Below are positions 1 to 13,736 of a stretch of 64,000 bases of DNA, in pieces. The position numbers and the translations under genes are program-made. Source of the DNA: Cercozoa sp. M6MM (taxonomy: Eukaryota; Protista; Endomyxa: Ascetosporea); NCBI GenBank assembly GCA_040357565.1, contig JBDODJ010000002.1; one strand, written 5' to 3'. Below the pieces are notes generated by a model. It saw only the letters and a program-made list of their open reading frames with translations, was not told the origin of the DNA and did no database searches. The first letter of the stretch is position 1. Every line of letters begins with the position of its first letter.

Positions 1-1958
1 AAGTAAGAATTCACCATGTTCCAGCCCGCAGAGCGTCATCTCGGTGGCTACATGCCGTAATCCATGCCAGTAGTCACAAGCACAACCCCAAAGTGTGCAG
101 CACACAAGCTGCAACTGAAGGCGAGTTGAACATACTGAGGCAGCCGCAGTCGCCGATGGTGAGCGTCAGCACGTCGTTGTCGGTCTCTCGCACCTCGGCG
201 AGCAGCGACTTCAGCCTCGGCACGGCGTCGGGCGAGTTGACGGCGCGCGAGTAGCCGCCAAAGCTCAGGAAGGGTTCGACTGTTGGGACAACAAAGTGAG
301 CGACACAGGCAACGCAGCACAAGGGAAGACTGAAGCAGCATACCACCCGAGAGCAGTGCATCCTCCTCCAAAGCAGCACGCACGTCGAACGCGAAGTCTT
401 CGTTGTATTCATTCTCCGCCTCAAGTGCGTAAGTGTCGACCTCGATGCCATAGCTCAAACTCAGACGGCAAGGGAAGCGTTTCTCGTCCTTCACTTCCAC
501 CAGCGGACATGTCAGTTCCTCTTCGTCGTTCTCCTCCTTCCCGATATCGTGCTGTCCAGGAGTCTTGTCGAACAGCAGCGAGCCTTCGTCCTCATCACTC
601 AAGAACACCAACAGACCAGAGACGGGGAAACGACGACCCACGCCCGGCAGGCTGGGCAACTCATCTGGAAACAGCGAGAGGTATCACACAGCAAAATGAA
701 CAGAGAGCGTTTAAGGCGGTTCTTACCCAAACGCGTCTGCAGCAGGAACTGACCGTAAGTGTCCTCGTGTTTCGGACTGAACAAACGGCCGCCAAAGCGA
801 CTGGCGAAACGCGCGTCCTGCTGCTGTTCCTGCTCGGTTTGGTACGAAGGCTCGTGCACCGAGTCGTAGTTGCAAGCGACATTCACGACGAGTCGCAGAT
901 GCTGCAGAATCTTGGCCCACTCGCTCGGAGAGTCACACTTTGATCGCAACAACTTCGTCGACGCAGTGTCCAGACAAAGTTGTTCCACTGTTTGAACATC
1001 ACACAAGAATTTAAACTAAAAAGCACAGAACATAGACAAACAACTTATTCGACCAACAAAACCTCTGACAGAAAGCTTCGAGTTGCACCGTGCAAAGTGA
1101 CATGCCTGCTCTTGTCGGGCGTGCGCACACAGAGGTCAAAGCAGCCGCTCGAGCGCGTGGCATCGTCATTCTCGTCAGCCACAAACAGCGTGCGCAAGAA
1201 CAGATCCTTGGTACTCTCGTCGATCTCACAGGTGGCACTCTGGCTTTTCAAATCGTCTTCCTTCGTGTGCTGAATCACAGCTTTCGCATTCTCAGTCAGA
1301 GCCTAAAACAATTTAAAATCGAAGAAGTCAGCTTCTGAAGGTGAGTGAATGATAGAGATACAGTGACGAAACGTTTCAGTAGCTTAAATGGCGTATTGCT
1401 TTCAAACGTTAGTTGCAAGGTCGCGTGTTTCTGGCGTTTCTTGAGTCTGTCAACAATGATGACTGATGACCGGGTCGCAAGAAAGAAATTGACAGGAGAA
1501 AACAAAGACAGCTGTACAGGAAAGGTAGCGACTGTGATCGCAGAAAATGGGCCAATCGCTGCTGAAGTAATGTTTCATCAGCGCATCCAAGCCACTCGGA
1601 CCGAATGTGGGCACTGAGATCATCCGGGAAAGCCTGTTTCACGTGACTCCACAGAGCAAAGTCATCTAGCAGTGAGGGTCGCTCCCTCACGACGCTATGT
1701 GCACAGTGCCACAGGTCGTCATCCGCACACACGCAGGTGTGCGTATCCAAGAAACTCGCTGGCAGACCCAAAGCCGCCGACAGTATCGTTTTCACTTGCT
1801 GCAAAGCAACATTTTGTAAACACCAACCAACCACCCAGCACAAGTTGCCACCTTTTCCAACTTTGCCATTGTCTAAAGTTAGTCGTTGTTCGACACACAG
1901 CACTGCACTGTACAATTAGTAGTACAAGCACTTGGTTGCTCCATGAAGCGCAATCGCA
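1..1958 (-). CDS. Hypothetical multi-exon protein (runs off left edge; could be two genes)
   Basis: Series of minus-strand coding-like segments (ORFs 1409-1915, 1045-1278, 599-1006, 48-659) separated by GT..AG-bounded stretches; possible start MRLRFMEQ near 1958. No family recognised. Confidence 0.35.
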
Positions 1959-2485
1959 TTAAAAAAATACGATCAAGCAGGATCGACGCAGGTCAACTGA
2001 CAAAATACGCTACTAAGTACCTTCCGGATTTGTCTTTCACTCACACACATCGATTAGCGGGGCAACTTCAGAAGCGCCAGTGTCACAGGTAATCTGTCCC
2101 TTTTGCAAAACCGATCATCGGATCACCACAACTGAAAAAGCAAGGCAGTTTTTTTCGTATTTTCCTCTGCGCACTCGAGTACAGCGCAGCGAAAAAACTT
2201 GCACACAAGCCTACTGACGCGTGTTTGGCGAGGTGTCCTGCGTTTTTGCGCGATCAGGTGCCTTCTTGTGAAAGGTTTGGCGCCACTTTCCCCTGAGTCT
2301 TGCAGCGAGCGTGGAGAGCGCGGTAGATAACACACACAGAGCATCCAAGGGTAAAGGATCTCAATTTTCCGTGCCTTTGGGCTCCCGTCCGTAGATTGGC
2401 GCGTTTTTCCGCTTTTCAGTTTTGTCTGTTTTCCTGGTGAATGAACTGCACACTTGATTTGGACTTTTTGTTTTAGTGTGAGCAT

Positions 2486-3400
2486 GAATACGAGAAATAC
2501 GATGCGCGCCATCGTGCAACAACACATGCCTCAACTGCATCAATTGCAGCTCCAGCAGCAGCAGCAGCAGCAGCACATGACGCCTATGCCACAGATGTTC
2601 TGTCGCAGCAGCGATATCGAGTACTCGAACTGGCGTGATGATTCTGACGATCCAGAGCAGCTAACAGTTCGTCGCGCTCGAAAGCGACGGCGGCACTCTC
2701 GTACAATGCGCACTGCTAACCTCAGTTTATACGAAGTGTTATTGGCAAAACTGAGAATCATAGATTTCGTGGACGACGATGACAGTGATGACAACTCAGA
2801 CCTCAACAGCGCATCCAGTGTTTCCCATCACGCGAGAGGCCAACGCACTCGTGAGCGACCATCGCGTGCCGTTCTCAATCGCAAGTGTCCATTCACACCT
2901 GGCTCGGTACCATAGCTACAGTTCGATTCCGATTTCAAACTTCACTTTCGGACGTTGCGGGCAGAAAACGACAGCACTGCGCAAGCGGATCGATCAGTGT
3001 CATCAAGAAAGCTCATCGCTCGGCTTGTTGCTCGGCACGAGTCATCAGGACCGCAAGGATCTCGCACGTCGACTCGCAAAAACGCAACGATGCGTCAACG
3101 AGGTCAGTTTCTCTTTGAAAAAGCTGCTCCGCCAGGGTTTTTGAGTGCTTCGTGTGTTGCAGGTCCACGCGGCGCAGAAAGCTATCGTAATGGATTATGT
3201 TCTCAACCACGAAGATCTGACCGAGCAGCGCCGTGACGATCGACGCTACATTGCGCGACTTTACAAGTTGAGTCAGGTGCAGTCTTGCTTTCCTTTCTGG
3301 CAGTGGCGTTGTTTCATTGTATAGTATTTCCCATTCCTCGCAGAGAGAAGTTGACTCGCTGTGGCGACGACAGAAAGAGCGAAAACTGGCAGAATTCTCG
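2486..3400 (+). CDS. Hypothetical poly-Q, acidic/basic low-complexity protein
   Basis: ORF 2454-2915 with a CAG run and RRARKRRR (NLS-like), continuing through probable spliced coiled-coil exons (RKRIDQCHQ..., RRLAKTQRCVNE). End uncertain. Confidence 0.4.
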
Positions 3401-3531
3401 GTACAACATGAGGTTTTTCCGTTTTTCTTGTTTTTACCGGTCAAGCTTTCCCGTTGTTGGTTTAGGTCAAGCAGTTTGGCACTTCAATGTCGGAGGTGTG
3501 CGGCGCACTGCTGCGACTGAGAAAAACAGCA

Positions 3532-4053
3532 ATGAGTGACGCCGATGTGGCAGGCTTTCGCGCCATGCTGCGACGCAGTTGTGGCACTGCTGCTCTCATG
3601 AAGAGTCAGTTACACACGGAGGGCGCCAGTTCGAGTGACGACAGCGCCGATCTGGATCGCGGTTTGAGTCGTAGTCCCTGCGTGAGCGAAGTCAGTCTCA
3701 GCGAGCGAGAACTCGCACTATCGCCGGCGCCGTCCTTTGCTTCGACGAGCAACTGCTCCGTGCCGCCGCCTTCGGTGGCCACCTGCGAGCACGCGCCTTC
3801 CTCCACGGAACGACAGCAGCAGCACATGTCGCCAATGACTCTACCCAGGCCCATGCAAACGACACCCGGGCAAGTCAGGTTTCCCATCATGGCTGTGCCG
3901 GTGTCTGTGCCTATGCACCTTCTGTACGTGCCCACATCGTCTGTATCGCTGCAAGCTCGCGCCTCTTTTCTCAAGCAACCGTCCGCTTCGTTTCTTCATC
4001 AGCAACAGCAGCAGCAACAGCAGCGATCTGATCACGTTTGCTACAGTGGCTAG
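3532..4053 (+). CDS. Hypothetical Ser/Pro/Gln-rich protein, apparently intronless
   Basis: ATG-started open frame MSDADVAGF... to TAG; low complexity; no domain recognised. Confidence 0.4.
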   Translation: MSDADVAGFRAMLRRSCGTAALMKSQLHTEGASSSDDSADLDRGLSRSPCVSEVSLSERELALSPAPSFASTSNCSVPPPSVATCEHAPSSTERQQQHMSPMTLPRPMQTTPGQVRFPIMAVPVSVPMHLLYVPTSSVSLQARASFLKQPSASFLHQQQQQQQQRSDHVCYSG

Positions 4054-4317
4054 CGAGAAAGTACTGTCGTCTAGTCCAGATCTTTCAGTTTAAGCGATCT
4101 GTTGCCCACAATACATCGTCTACCTTCTCTGTAGAACTTCAAATGGGATCCTTAACTGCCTGAAATCTTTCCTAGACTGATAGCAGTGGCAAGTGAGGGG
4201 TTGCCCTTTGTTCAACTGACAGAATCCGCGCGGACGGACTAATTCTAGAATAAGAACGCAATTAAAAAGTATGCCTTAGTTAGAGCGAAAGAGTAGCAAA
4301 TCTGCACACCATACTGC

Positions 4318-5388
4318 ATGGATGCATTAGGATCTTTCGCAGATGCACTGGCACCAGACTCGGGTTCGCAGAAGAGCTCGAATGAATTCACAGACGTGTT
4401 CAGCAACGGGATCGAAACCTCACCGCAACTTGCCTTTTCTAGTGCAATCGAGACGAAAAACAGAGAGCTGCGCAACGAATGCGAAGACCTCGCACAAATC
4501 CTGGCGATTCAACAAAAGCAAAGAGACTCACAGAGAGCAACGCCACAAAAACAGTCTTTGTCAGCTGCCTTGTCGAATACCCGATCTCTCATGGTGTGCG
4601 AGGAGATTGTTTCGCTCGGAAGACGCATTCGACAAGCAAGTGCGAAACTTCCTGTGTCGCGTAGCTCTCGACCCAGCAGTCACTGCAGCCGTATAGCTTT
4701 TGTCAGAAGGAAAGATGGCGAAACAAGCAGTCACGACAGCAGCATCGTAGAGGACCTTCGAGTGCGAGGAAACCAAGCTTTTCTCGAATCGGAAAGTGAA
4801 AAGACGCTCCAGATCTTAAATTACTGGTACGCTCGTATCTGTTGTGGTTTCAGAATATATACGCAAGAAAGTGTCTCCAATGTTGCTGACAGTGAGAGCG
4901 TGTGCGACGGAATGAACAGCGCGCGAACGTCAAGGTCGGCAACTTCGACCTCTTCGTCGTCCTTGAGCTCCATTCTTTCGTGCCTCTCGCAGATGGACCT
5001 GAGTGAAACAGAGGAAGAAAGTAGCGATGGCAGCAGTCAGAGTCGAGAGTTGCGACTGCAACAGCAAAACAATGTGCTCGCATCAGTCAAAGAGCAATTG
5101 CTTGAGCGACTGGACTGCCAGAGTCGTGACCAGCGCCAGGGCATCTTCAAGAAAAGTGCAAAGTATCCGTATGACCCGAGGTCGGTTTATTTCGGCGACA
5201 AAGAGCCTTCATTAGACGACTTGTGCGCCTGTCGGTCTTCTCTCGAGAAGAAAGTTATGGAGCTTGAGAACTTGCACGAGACCTTGCAGTCTTTGCAAGG
5301 CGATCGCGTACCTCGCATCAGTCGCCGCGGCTTGATGCACTTACGCCCTCTTACCCATTCCTCTCGCCGACGGCGCGTTTATCTGTGA
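4318..5388 (+). CDS. Hypothetical 356-aa intronless Ser-rich protein with short coiled coils
   Basis: Long uninterrupted ATG-started ORF; heptad-like stretches (KNRELRNECEDLAQIL, SLEKKVMELENLHETLQSL). Confidence 0.6.
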   Translation: MDALGSFADALAPDSGSQKSSNEFTDVFSNGIETSPQLAFSSAIETKNRELRNECEDLAQILAIQQKQRDSQRATPQKQSLSAALSNTRSLMVCEEIVSLGRRIRQASAKLPVSRSSRPSSHCSRIAFVRRKDGETSSHDSSIVEDLRVRGNQAFLESESEKTLQILNYWYARICCGFRIYTQESVSNVADSESVCDGMNSARTSRSATSTSSSSLSSILSCLSQMDLSETEEESSDGSSQSRELRLQQQNNVLASVKEQLLERLDCQSRDQRQGIFKKSAKYPYDPRSVYFGDKEPSLDDLCACRSSLEKKVMELENLHETLQSLQGDRVPRISRRGLMHLRPLTHSSRRRRVYL

Positions 5389-5676
5389 AGATGTAAATTA
5401 CTGTAAGTTTTACTGGAATTATCAATGGTGGCCGATGAGGAAACGTGCAAAAGGTACCGCTGGGGTACCAGAAAGTTCAGTTTTTCTAGTATTGATACCT
5501 CATCTTAAAATTTACTGTAAACTAAGACATTGCAACAAAAAACGGATTTTGGTCTGCGACTACGAGCAGTACGGAAGATTTTCTGGAAGAAACGTGCGGT
5601 ACTTTTCATAACAAAAAAGGAGAAGGTTTCATCCGCGTCTGTTTTAGTGCTTGTCACAGCGTTGTAAGACGTTCAA

Positions 5677-6989
5677 ATGCCGATCCGACCTTTGGACACC
5701 GGCGACTTTGAGACGAAAACCCTGTGACATGACCCGCCAAATTGCAAACCTCTCCCTTGGATGTGAGTGTCTGTAGGGCAAGTCTGTCGCCTCGCCGAAC
5801 GTTTTCTGTGCTCAAGTCACCGACTGCCGAGCTACTGTTCTGGCGCAAGACCCTGTAAGCTGCTCCTCCCCCGCCTTCAGTTGCCCTTATTCCTATGTCA
5901 ATACCTTCCTCCTTGCAGGAAGAAACTGAAACTGTACCCAGCGCATGCGAACCCAGCAGCGACGCTGTTCCACCGCCTCGTGATTGCACCGCTGTCAAAC
6001 TTTGCCATTCTAGCGAGTTTCGACTACCAGCTGTGGCTGTTTGAAACCTTCCACGTGCGACGCATCTCGCGCTACACGCACTTCGTGGCACTCCCTATCG
6101 CCTGCCTCTTGAGTTACGTGGGCCTACTGCAAGCACTGCGGGCCGACACACTCGGCTACGGCGCCCTTGTCGAGCAGGTGTGTATCTTTGCGGTTCACTA
6201 CCATGTTCGAATTCCGGTAAAACTTGGGTCCAAAGGTGTGCAACATCCTGCTGGCTACGTGGTGGCTACTTCCGGCGCTCGCGTTGCGAAGCGGCACACT
6301 GTTCGTCTACTTGGCAGTGTTCGTGGCCACCTGGCGATACGCTGCTCTAAGCCTGGTGAGTTTCACAGTCAGTTGATCAACTGAATTCCACCACGATAAA
6401 GGAACTGAAAAACTACTCTGTTTCGTGCACTCAGTTGGACCGAGTGGAGCACCCATTCGCTGTGGCCTTTTGTGGCGGCGCTGCGGCCGCAATCTCGCAC
6501 TCGTGGGAAAAACGGTTTCCGCCTCGGTTTGTGTCCCGAGAGGTACTTTGCCAATTCCTTCTGGGTCGACACTTTCACTTCGCATAGACATGGGTGACTC
6601 TGGCTGAGATACGCGCGAGTTTCGGTTCGTTCCAACTGGTGTACCAGACCTTCCTGCAGCTCACTTTTGGCTCCTTTGCCGAGTGGCTCGCCAGTGCGCG
6701 TCTGGTGCCCCTCATCGCCGTGATAGCCTTCATCAACTTGCGCGAACTGCGACGTGATGCAATCGACCAGAAGAAGAAAACGCCGCGTGAGCGTCAAGTT
6801 CCACGAAGTCTCGTGATCCCCAAAACCCGTTTTGGCTGGCATGCGAGACGACAGAGCTTCTCAAAGGAATCGCCACTCTCGCCACTCTCGCAGCTCCAGC
6901 ACGTCCGAAAAGTCGCTTCGATTGCGCTAGAGGTACAACATTTTTTGATTAATGATGTCCTAGAGAGAGCGAAAACATCAACTGAGTGA
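5677..6989 (+). CDS. Mpo1/DUF962-like multi-pass membrane protein
   Basis: Spliced frame gives FETFHVRRISRYTHFVALP (H-x7-H before a TM helix) and later AISHSWEKRFPP, resembling the Mpo1 'H...H' and 'GHxxExxxP' motifs; several hydrophobic segments. Confidence 0.45.
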
Positions 6990-7392
6990 TCGTAGACCAA
7001 TCACCCAGCAGTCGATTTTGTCGGTCTGGGCGGTGGCAAGGCACTGTCGACACCCCCTGCACACACACGCAGTGGCAGTCTCAGCGCAGTGGAACCGACT
7101 TTCGAATTCGCTCCGACACTGCAACGCAGCGACGAGATCGACATCGTCGCCAGCGACGAAGATTAGTTTCAGGCAGTTCACCCACAAAAACCGAACCGAC
7201 TGACTTCTCACGCGCGGTCTCACCGATTGAACATAAAGTATCAATTGACACCCGACCGCAAACAATTAAATTTACACTGCCTTATAAATCTAATGCTCGC
7301 TTGCCTCAGTTCACGGGATCTATTCAAAAAATAGTCGAATTTAACTGTCGTGTACGTACAGATGTAGCGTAAAGACTGGTAATGAATCGATA

Positions 7393-10300
7393 TCAGTCCG
7401 TCGCATCCCGTGAGCGGCCGGAGGCGAAGAACGCGCGCACTTGTTCCACAGCGTATTTTAGAGAGCGCACCTGTCGCAGACTCGGGCGTGTCCACGCCGG
7501 CAGCTTGTGCTGCAGGTGACCTGCGCATAACAGCAATGAGGATACACCATGAAAGGTCTTTATCCCTGGCATAGCAATTAAAATCACCAGCGTAGCGACG
7601 GTCGCACAGAAGCACGCTCGCAAAGTCCTCCTTGTGTCGAATTCCACGTCCTGTATTATCATGCACAGACTGATTTAAACAAGAGGTTCAGGAGGGTCCA
7701 AACCAATGCACTGGTTGACGGCACGCATGGCGAGCGCCTCGTAGTACGCCTGTCCGCTGAGTCGTTCATTGTGCTCACCCTTCGCCGTGTCGCCGGTGCT
7801 GTCAAAATCAAAAGACGTCATCTTGGGCACTGCCAGTTGCACACGGTCCAGGTACTTGCGACGTTCCTGCAGCACCGGGTCAGACGCGTCGGCAAAGGGC
7901 ACGCCGAGAACGACGACACTGCGCGCCAGTCGGTCTCGAAAGTCCACGCTATTAGTTCAGGGGGGGTAGAGTAAATAGAGAGGGGAGAGGGGTAAAGCTA
8001 CCCTTCACTAAGCTTGCCGCCGACAACACAAAACAGCAAAGCCGATGATTCGGCTGTTTCGGCACGATAGCGTTCCCACAGCGATTTGAGTTCCTCGCTT
8101 TGCCGCGGTTCAATATACGTCGTCTGTGCGCGCGGGGGGGGGGGGGGGTAGACAAAAGGACTGCAGCTGAAGACAAGAAAATACACCCAGGTCGACTTGA
8201 TTCCTGCGCCAGGTGTCGACACAGTGCGACAGAAAGCGAAAACTTTGGAAAAACACGACCGTGCCTCCGGCTGGAACAGTTTTTTCTTCAACATTGAGAA
8301 ACAGCATAGTAACAAAAATAAGAATACGCGTGCTTGCAGACACATGCTTTAACAGCATTGCAACGTTGTGTAACTGCGCTTCGTTGCGTCTCGTTCTACA
8401 AGCAAGAAACATCAACACCATATCACAACAGTTTGGACAAAGACGGAGAACTCACTTAAAAGCAAAGTCGAAACACGGCACTGTGAGCAAGTTGAGCGAC
8501 GAAGACGGCACCACATGGCTGCACGACAGCGTGCGAATCGATAGCAGTGCTTTTGACATTTCGCTCTCGCTCTTTGACGTCGCCAGAAGCTGAGTCGCGA
8601 AACTCGACATCGGCGACATTGTGCCGCCGCACAAGATCTACCGATAGAAGCATTCGCAATCCACTCCCAAAGAGAAAGCAAACAAAAACAACAAACCACA
8701 GCACGAGCTTTCGCAGCAATGGCGAGGAAGTCTTCGCTCGCGTGCAAAAGAATGAAGCGAAGATTGTTAATTCGCTTGCTCTTGACGCCGTCGTCGCTGT
8801 TGCTCGTATTTTCCAAAACTACGCGTCCCACGTGCGATGGACGGCAAAGTGCCATTCCTGCAACATATGATCAACAGTAAACAAAACAAAGACAAACAGC
8901 GCAAATATACAATATACCGAATTCGATACACACGGAGACACTGCAGACATGACGGTTCCTCAAGTGCAACTGTTTGTCCTTGGTATTTTCGTCCGACAGA
9001 ATGTGCCGATCGACGAATCCGCGCAGTTTGCGTGAAAGCTGCGACCTGTATCAGCACCTTCAGTATGGCCTTTCAATACAAGAAACTAGACCAACGTCAA
9101 AAGTCACCGGTCCAAGAAGTTGCGCAAAGCGAGAAAGTTGTGCTCGCTCAGCTTGAAGCGAAAGGCAAAGTCACTAACCGACATGATCGAACCGTCGGTT
9201 GATGCTGCGCCTTTTCATATCAAGAGCGTTGTGGACAAACAAACAAGAGTATGGAAGAAGCAGCGTACCCGAAAACACGGCAACCAGCGCTCCCAATGCT
9301 TTGAGCAAAAGAATGCAGTCCTTGCGATTCTTTGCACCCAGTCGATTCTTGTATTTTCGCAGGTACCGTTGCAGCGACATCTGAAAAATACTCAAAATCA
9401 ACAGCACGGCGGAACGGAAGGCAGTTTGATACAAGAGCACGGCAGGCGTGAAACTTGCTCAACTCGACCGACTGGAGACGCAACTGCCCAAGACAAAGAA
9501 GAACGATTCGCCTTTTCACGGACGTAAACTAAACAAAGGTAAACACCAGCTCTTCGTTGATATTGTGAGCTTCGTCGATCACTATCAGTTTAAATAATTA
9601 ACAGGTTGAAACAAAAAAGAAGGCAAAATAAACAATGTACCGATAATGTTGTTCTCGATATTAACTCCGAGAGAATCGCGAGCACTTCTTGACAGCAGCG
9701 ATGCGTACGGCAATGTGACAATCTGCAGACAACACAGAGAGATCAATCTGATCTTGATACTGGGAAAAGGAAAGTTCACATGAGCAGACGGAGCCGCAGC
9801 ACGCACGCCATAGTAGGGACATGCGTTTACAAATCGGCCCAGTTGTGCCATGTCCTCAATGTCCCTGACCTTTCCTGCGTTGCATCCTTTATCAGTCTTG
9901 CAAAACAAACTCAGCTCTAACTCACCGGACAAAGCGGCGTCGCGGAACATTTCGCTTCGTTTTGATGAACCTACATTTTTCGTTGGTGTCATAACGACCA
10001 TCCACGACACCTATAAAACAAAAATAGAAGTGTACCGAGGTACGGACATCCGCCAATCTTGCGTTCTTCATCGCTCAAAGTGGAAGCACTCGTGATCGGA
10101 ACATCGACTGAAAAACACACACATACACACCACACACATACACACCACAGACATTTACACTACACACACACACAGACATACACACCACACACATACACTA
10201 CACACACAAAGCTTATACGTGTGAATCAAAGCCTAACTGAAAAAACTGACCAGGACGACCTTGCGACTTTTGCAAATCCAAACACAACTCGTTCAGACGT

Positions 10301-11915
10301 CTAGAGGAACCGCATGCATGCTGTCGAACGCGTTCGTTCACACAAAGCTGCTGTCTTGAACCCTGTCAAACGAGTTTACAAAATGCAAACCAGCTTGTTT
10401 GAATGATAAAAAGAGAAATAAACAGCAAAACTAACCAACGGAATCAGTCTAACACGCTCTGAAAGAAGAGACTTTTCGCTATTTTCGTCTGGTTTAGTCG
10501 AGAAATGCGCAAACGTTGTTTTCCGAACCTTTCAAATTGTTTACGTTGGAATACAAATTCCAAAAAACGAGGGATTTTACCTCTGCCGCAAAGTTGGAGA
10601 GTTGCTGTGTGTCAGGTCAAAGCAATGCATGATACAGAAAGTGCAAACAGAGCAAAAACAAACCGAGTGTGTTCGCGAGGCAAAGATGATTTGCGGAGTC
10701 TGCCGTAGCAGATCTTTTCTCTTGCTGCTGTCTTGATCGTCGTACCTGCAGGAAGAAATGTGTGGGGTACACAAAAACGGCAAAGTTTCAAAATGGAAGG
10801 AGTTACTCCAAAACGAATTGTGCCTGCGCACCCATGAGCGACTGCAAGAAATCCGTGACGCTTTCTTCGCCGTTATCGGGCTTCTCTTGAACCTGAACGA
10901 ACATGCACGCAACAAGGGAAAAAGCGAAAGAAGGAAACTCACAGCATCGTCATTGTCGCTCAGAATCAAATCTTCGTCTTCAACTTCAGTTTTCGCCGGT
11001 TTTCGTTGCGCACTTTTGCGCTTTTGCTCACTCTAGATACAAGCAATTGTTTCGGTTATTTTTTGAAATGAAAGAACAAAAGATCAAAGTTACAATTCCG
11101 TCAAAGATCGCGTCTTTCTCAAGCTCGTTGGCTTGTACTCGTGCATCTGAACTTTCAACAGTGGAAAGGCACACTTTAAACAATCGGGAAAAAAGGAAAA
11201 CAAACTGCGAGATCGCTTGAGTTCGCGTCGACGGCGCTGCGAGAACTCAGAGAAGCGTGCGCGCATTCGTTGCAGCAATTCCGCTTTTTCCTCTGTGTAG
11301 ATTCGTTGGTACAGAAAGAAAAGAAACCGGATACTCAAAACAGCGAACTGTACGCTGAAGCTCTCGTTGTCGGCGCAGTTCGGTCTGTCTGAAAACGCGT
11401 GACGCGAAATCTTCCACTTTGTTTTCCACTGAATTCCAAAGGCAAAAATACAACAGCAATGATTTTCGCGACTTAAAACTCAATACACAGGTCATCGAGT
11501 TCATCCTCATCGCTGTCGAATTCAAACCCGCTCTTATCATCAGTTTTCACATTTTCCTGCTTCTTTTTCGCTTTCTCAGCCTGTAGGAACAGCACCACTG
11601 TCAACAGATCCGAGAGTACAGCAATAGCTACCTCACGAAACAAGGCATCACGCTGCTTGCGTTGCTCAGCGGCATCGTCGTAGTGGCGCAGTAGCCAAGT
11701 CAGGCCTGACACAGCGATCGACAGCGATTTTCCTGTGCCTGTTGGCGACTCTAAAATCGCCACCGAACCGCCGCCTTTTTCGCAGGTGTCAAACAACGCC
11801 TAAATACAAGAATCTTGGTTCAACTCATCCGTGTGACAACAAAACATACCTGCATGAAATCGAGCTGCACGTCGTATGCAGGGTACGGAAACGGAAACTC
11901 TGGTACAGTTGTCAT
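7393..11915 (-). CDS. DDX11: DDX11/Chl1-type Fe-S DNA helicase (XPD family)
   Basis: N-terminus FPFPYPAYDVQLDFM; Walker A ILESPTGTGKSLS; ACPYYGVR; VTLPYASLLS; VVFFQSF; VVVLGVPF; AMRAVNQCIG followed by IRHKEDFASVLLCDRRY. About 20 GT-AG introns. Confidence 0.93.
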
Positions 11916-12043
11916 AGCTCAGTGCAGTAGTAAACCACGTTTACACCTGTTCTATATGGTGCTGATACTACTGTAAAAGACACTTTTCCGCCAAAAAGAA
12001 AAAAGCACTTGTACAGTTTTTCGGTAACTTTAAGTAACTTTAA

Positions 12044-13721
12044 CTAACCCAAGGCGACGTCTAGGTACATCATGAGCGAAAATCCAATGGCAAAGCCGAG
12101 CTGAGTGGACCAGCGGCGGCCACTTTCGGCGAGCAGTTCGGCCGCCACGACAAACAACATTGCACCAGCTGGGGGGGGGGGGGGTAGTTCTCTATTGATA
12201 CAGCTGGATGGTATGTATGTGTACCAGCGTAGGCGAGTGCGAAAGGCAGCACTGCACGTGCCGATGTGGTGAAGTAGGCACCAAGCACAGCACCCTATCC
12301 AACAACGTGTTGTCTTACATCCCAGCAAAAAAGGGGCAAAAGTACAATAGGTTCGACCAGACCACTGAGTTGTCCCTGTACGATACCATCACATATATTT
12401 GGACGGGGTAGGGACGGAAGTTCAGTACCAACAAAAAGGATGTAGCAGTCGAGACGCCCTCCTTGCGCAACGGCACAGACACCGCCATGCCTTCTGGCAC
12501 TACGCAGCGAGTCCTCAAAGCAAGGTCAATGAGACAAACATAAAGCAGGCAGAGTACCGTTCTGCAGAGCAATGGCTAGCGTCAGTGAAAGCGCCAGCGG
12601 CATCTTATGCGGCCTGAACAATTCAATGTACATCACCTTATCATATACACTATACCGAAGATCTTACTGCAACTGCGCAGCGGCAAAAGCGACGCCCACA
12701 GCAATGCCTACAATAATAACAGAGAAAGTTGAAAGAAACACAACACCAACTAAAGAATACAGAAGATACAGAAGCAAGTACCCTCAGGCAGATTGTGCAC
12801 GGTTACAGCGCCAACCAGCAGCAACACACGTCGCCACGAATCCGCATCACGCAGCATGCGTGCATCGATTTCCTCTTCTTCACACACACACACAAACGAA
12901 ATCGATGCACTAAAATAACACACACAAACGAAAGCAAACCAGAAAGCACACACCGTTCTTTTTGGCACTTGCCGACAGTCGTCGTTCCAAAGCGTCACTA
13001 CAGATTCAAGACTTCAACTATACCGTATTATCAGGAATGACGACTCGATTGAAAGCTACCTGGCCAATCGAAGTGAAACAAAGGCGGCAATCACGCCAAT
13101 AACCTGAATTTGCACTCAATAAACCCTATTCGACTACTTTCTTTTGGAGAACGTACTGCAGGAAGCGCGGCCACATGTGCCTCGGCTTCGTAGATTTCGG
13201 CTGCGTATTCCACTGATGGTTGTAGCAGGCCTGCACAACCGAAAATTACTTTCCTCAAACAACAAACAGTCTTAACATAGCAGAGGACACCAAAGCACGA
13301 GGCTGCGACCATGACGCCGCCGGCTGCGCCCATCGACATGTCCAGGCTGTTCTACTCAATGAAACCTGTCGCACACGAGAATGAGGTCAAACGAAGCGTT
13401 TCTTACCTGTGAAACATCTGCAGATAATAATACGGCGCCAGCGCCAAGGGCTGTAGCGAACCACGTCACAAGGCCGCCTGTGTTAAGTGTTTGCAAACGA
13501 GTCCAAAAATATTTACGAACGGTATTTGAACAGAATCAGGCAAACCTAGCAAGGCATTCCAAACCGGGCGATCGGCATCGAGACCAAGATTCATAAGATA
13601 TACTCAGGGGTAACACACGTACACATCGCACGCACACACAATTTGCCGATCTCCAGCGACGTGATACTGCAGAAATTAAACAACTCAAAAGAAGGTGATA
13701 TAGAGCTGAAACCATGCGCAT
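12044..13721 (-). CDS. ZIP family metal transporter (ZIP11/ZupT/GufA type)
   Basis: GAAGGVMVAASCF, RVLLLVGAVTVHNLPEG, PEGMAVSVPLRKEG, LPFALA, C-terminus GFSLMMYLDVALG. Start uncertain (about 13595-13721). Confidence 0.9.
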
Positions 13722-13736
13722 GTCCGTGCTGACGTA

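Noticed and set aside
5428-5472. Possible minimal hammerhead ribozyme (CCGATGAG-GAAAC)
   Set aside because: Core deviates from CUGAUGA and no stems I-III could be formed.
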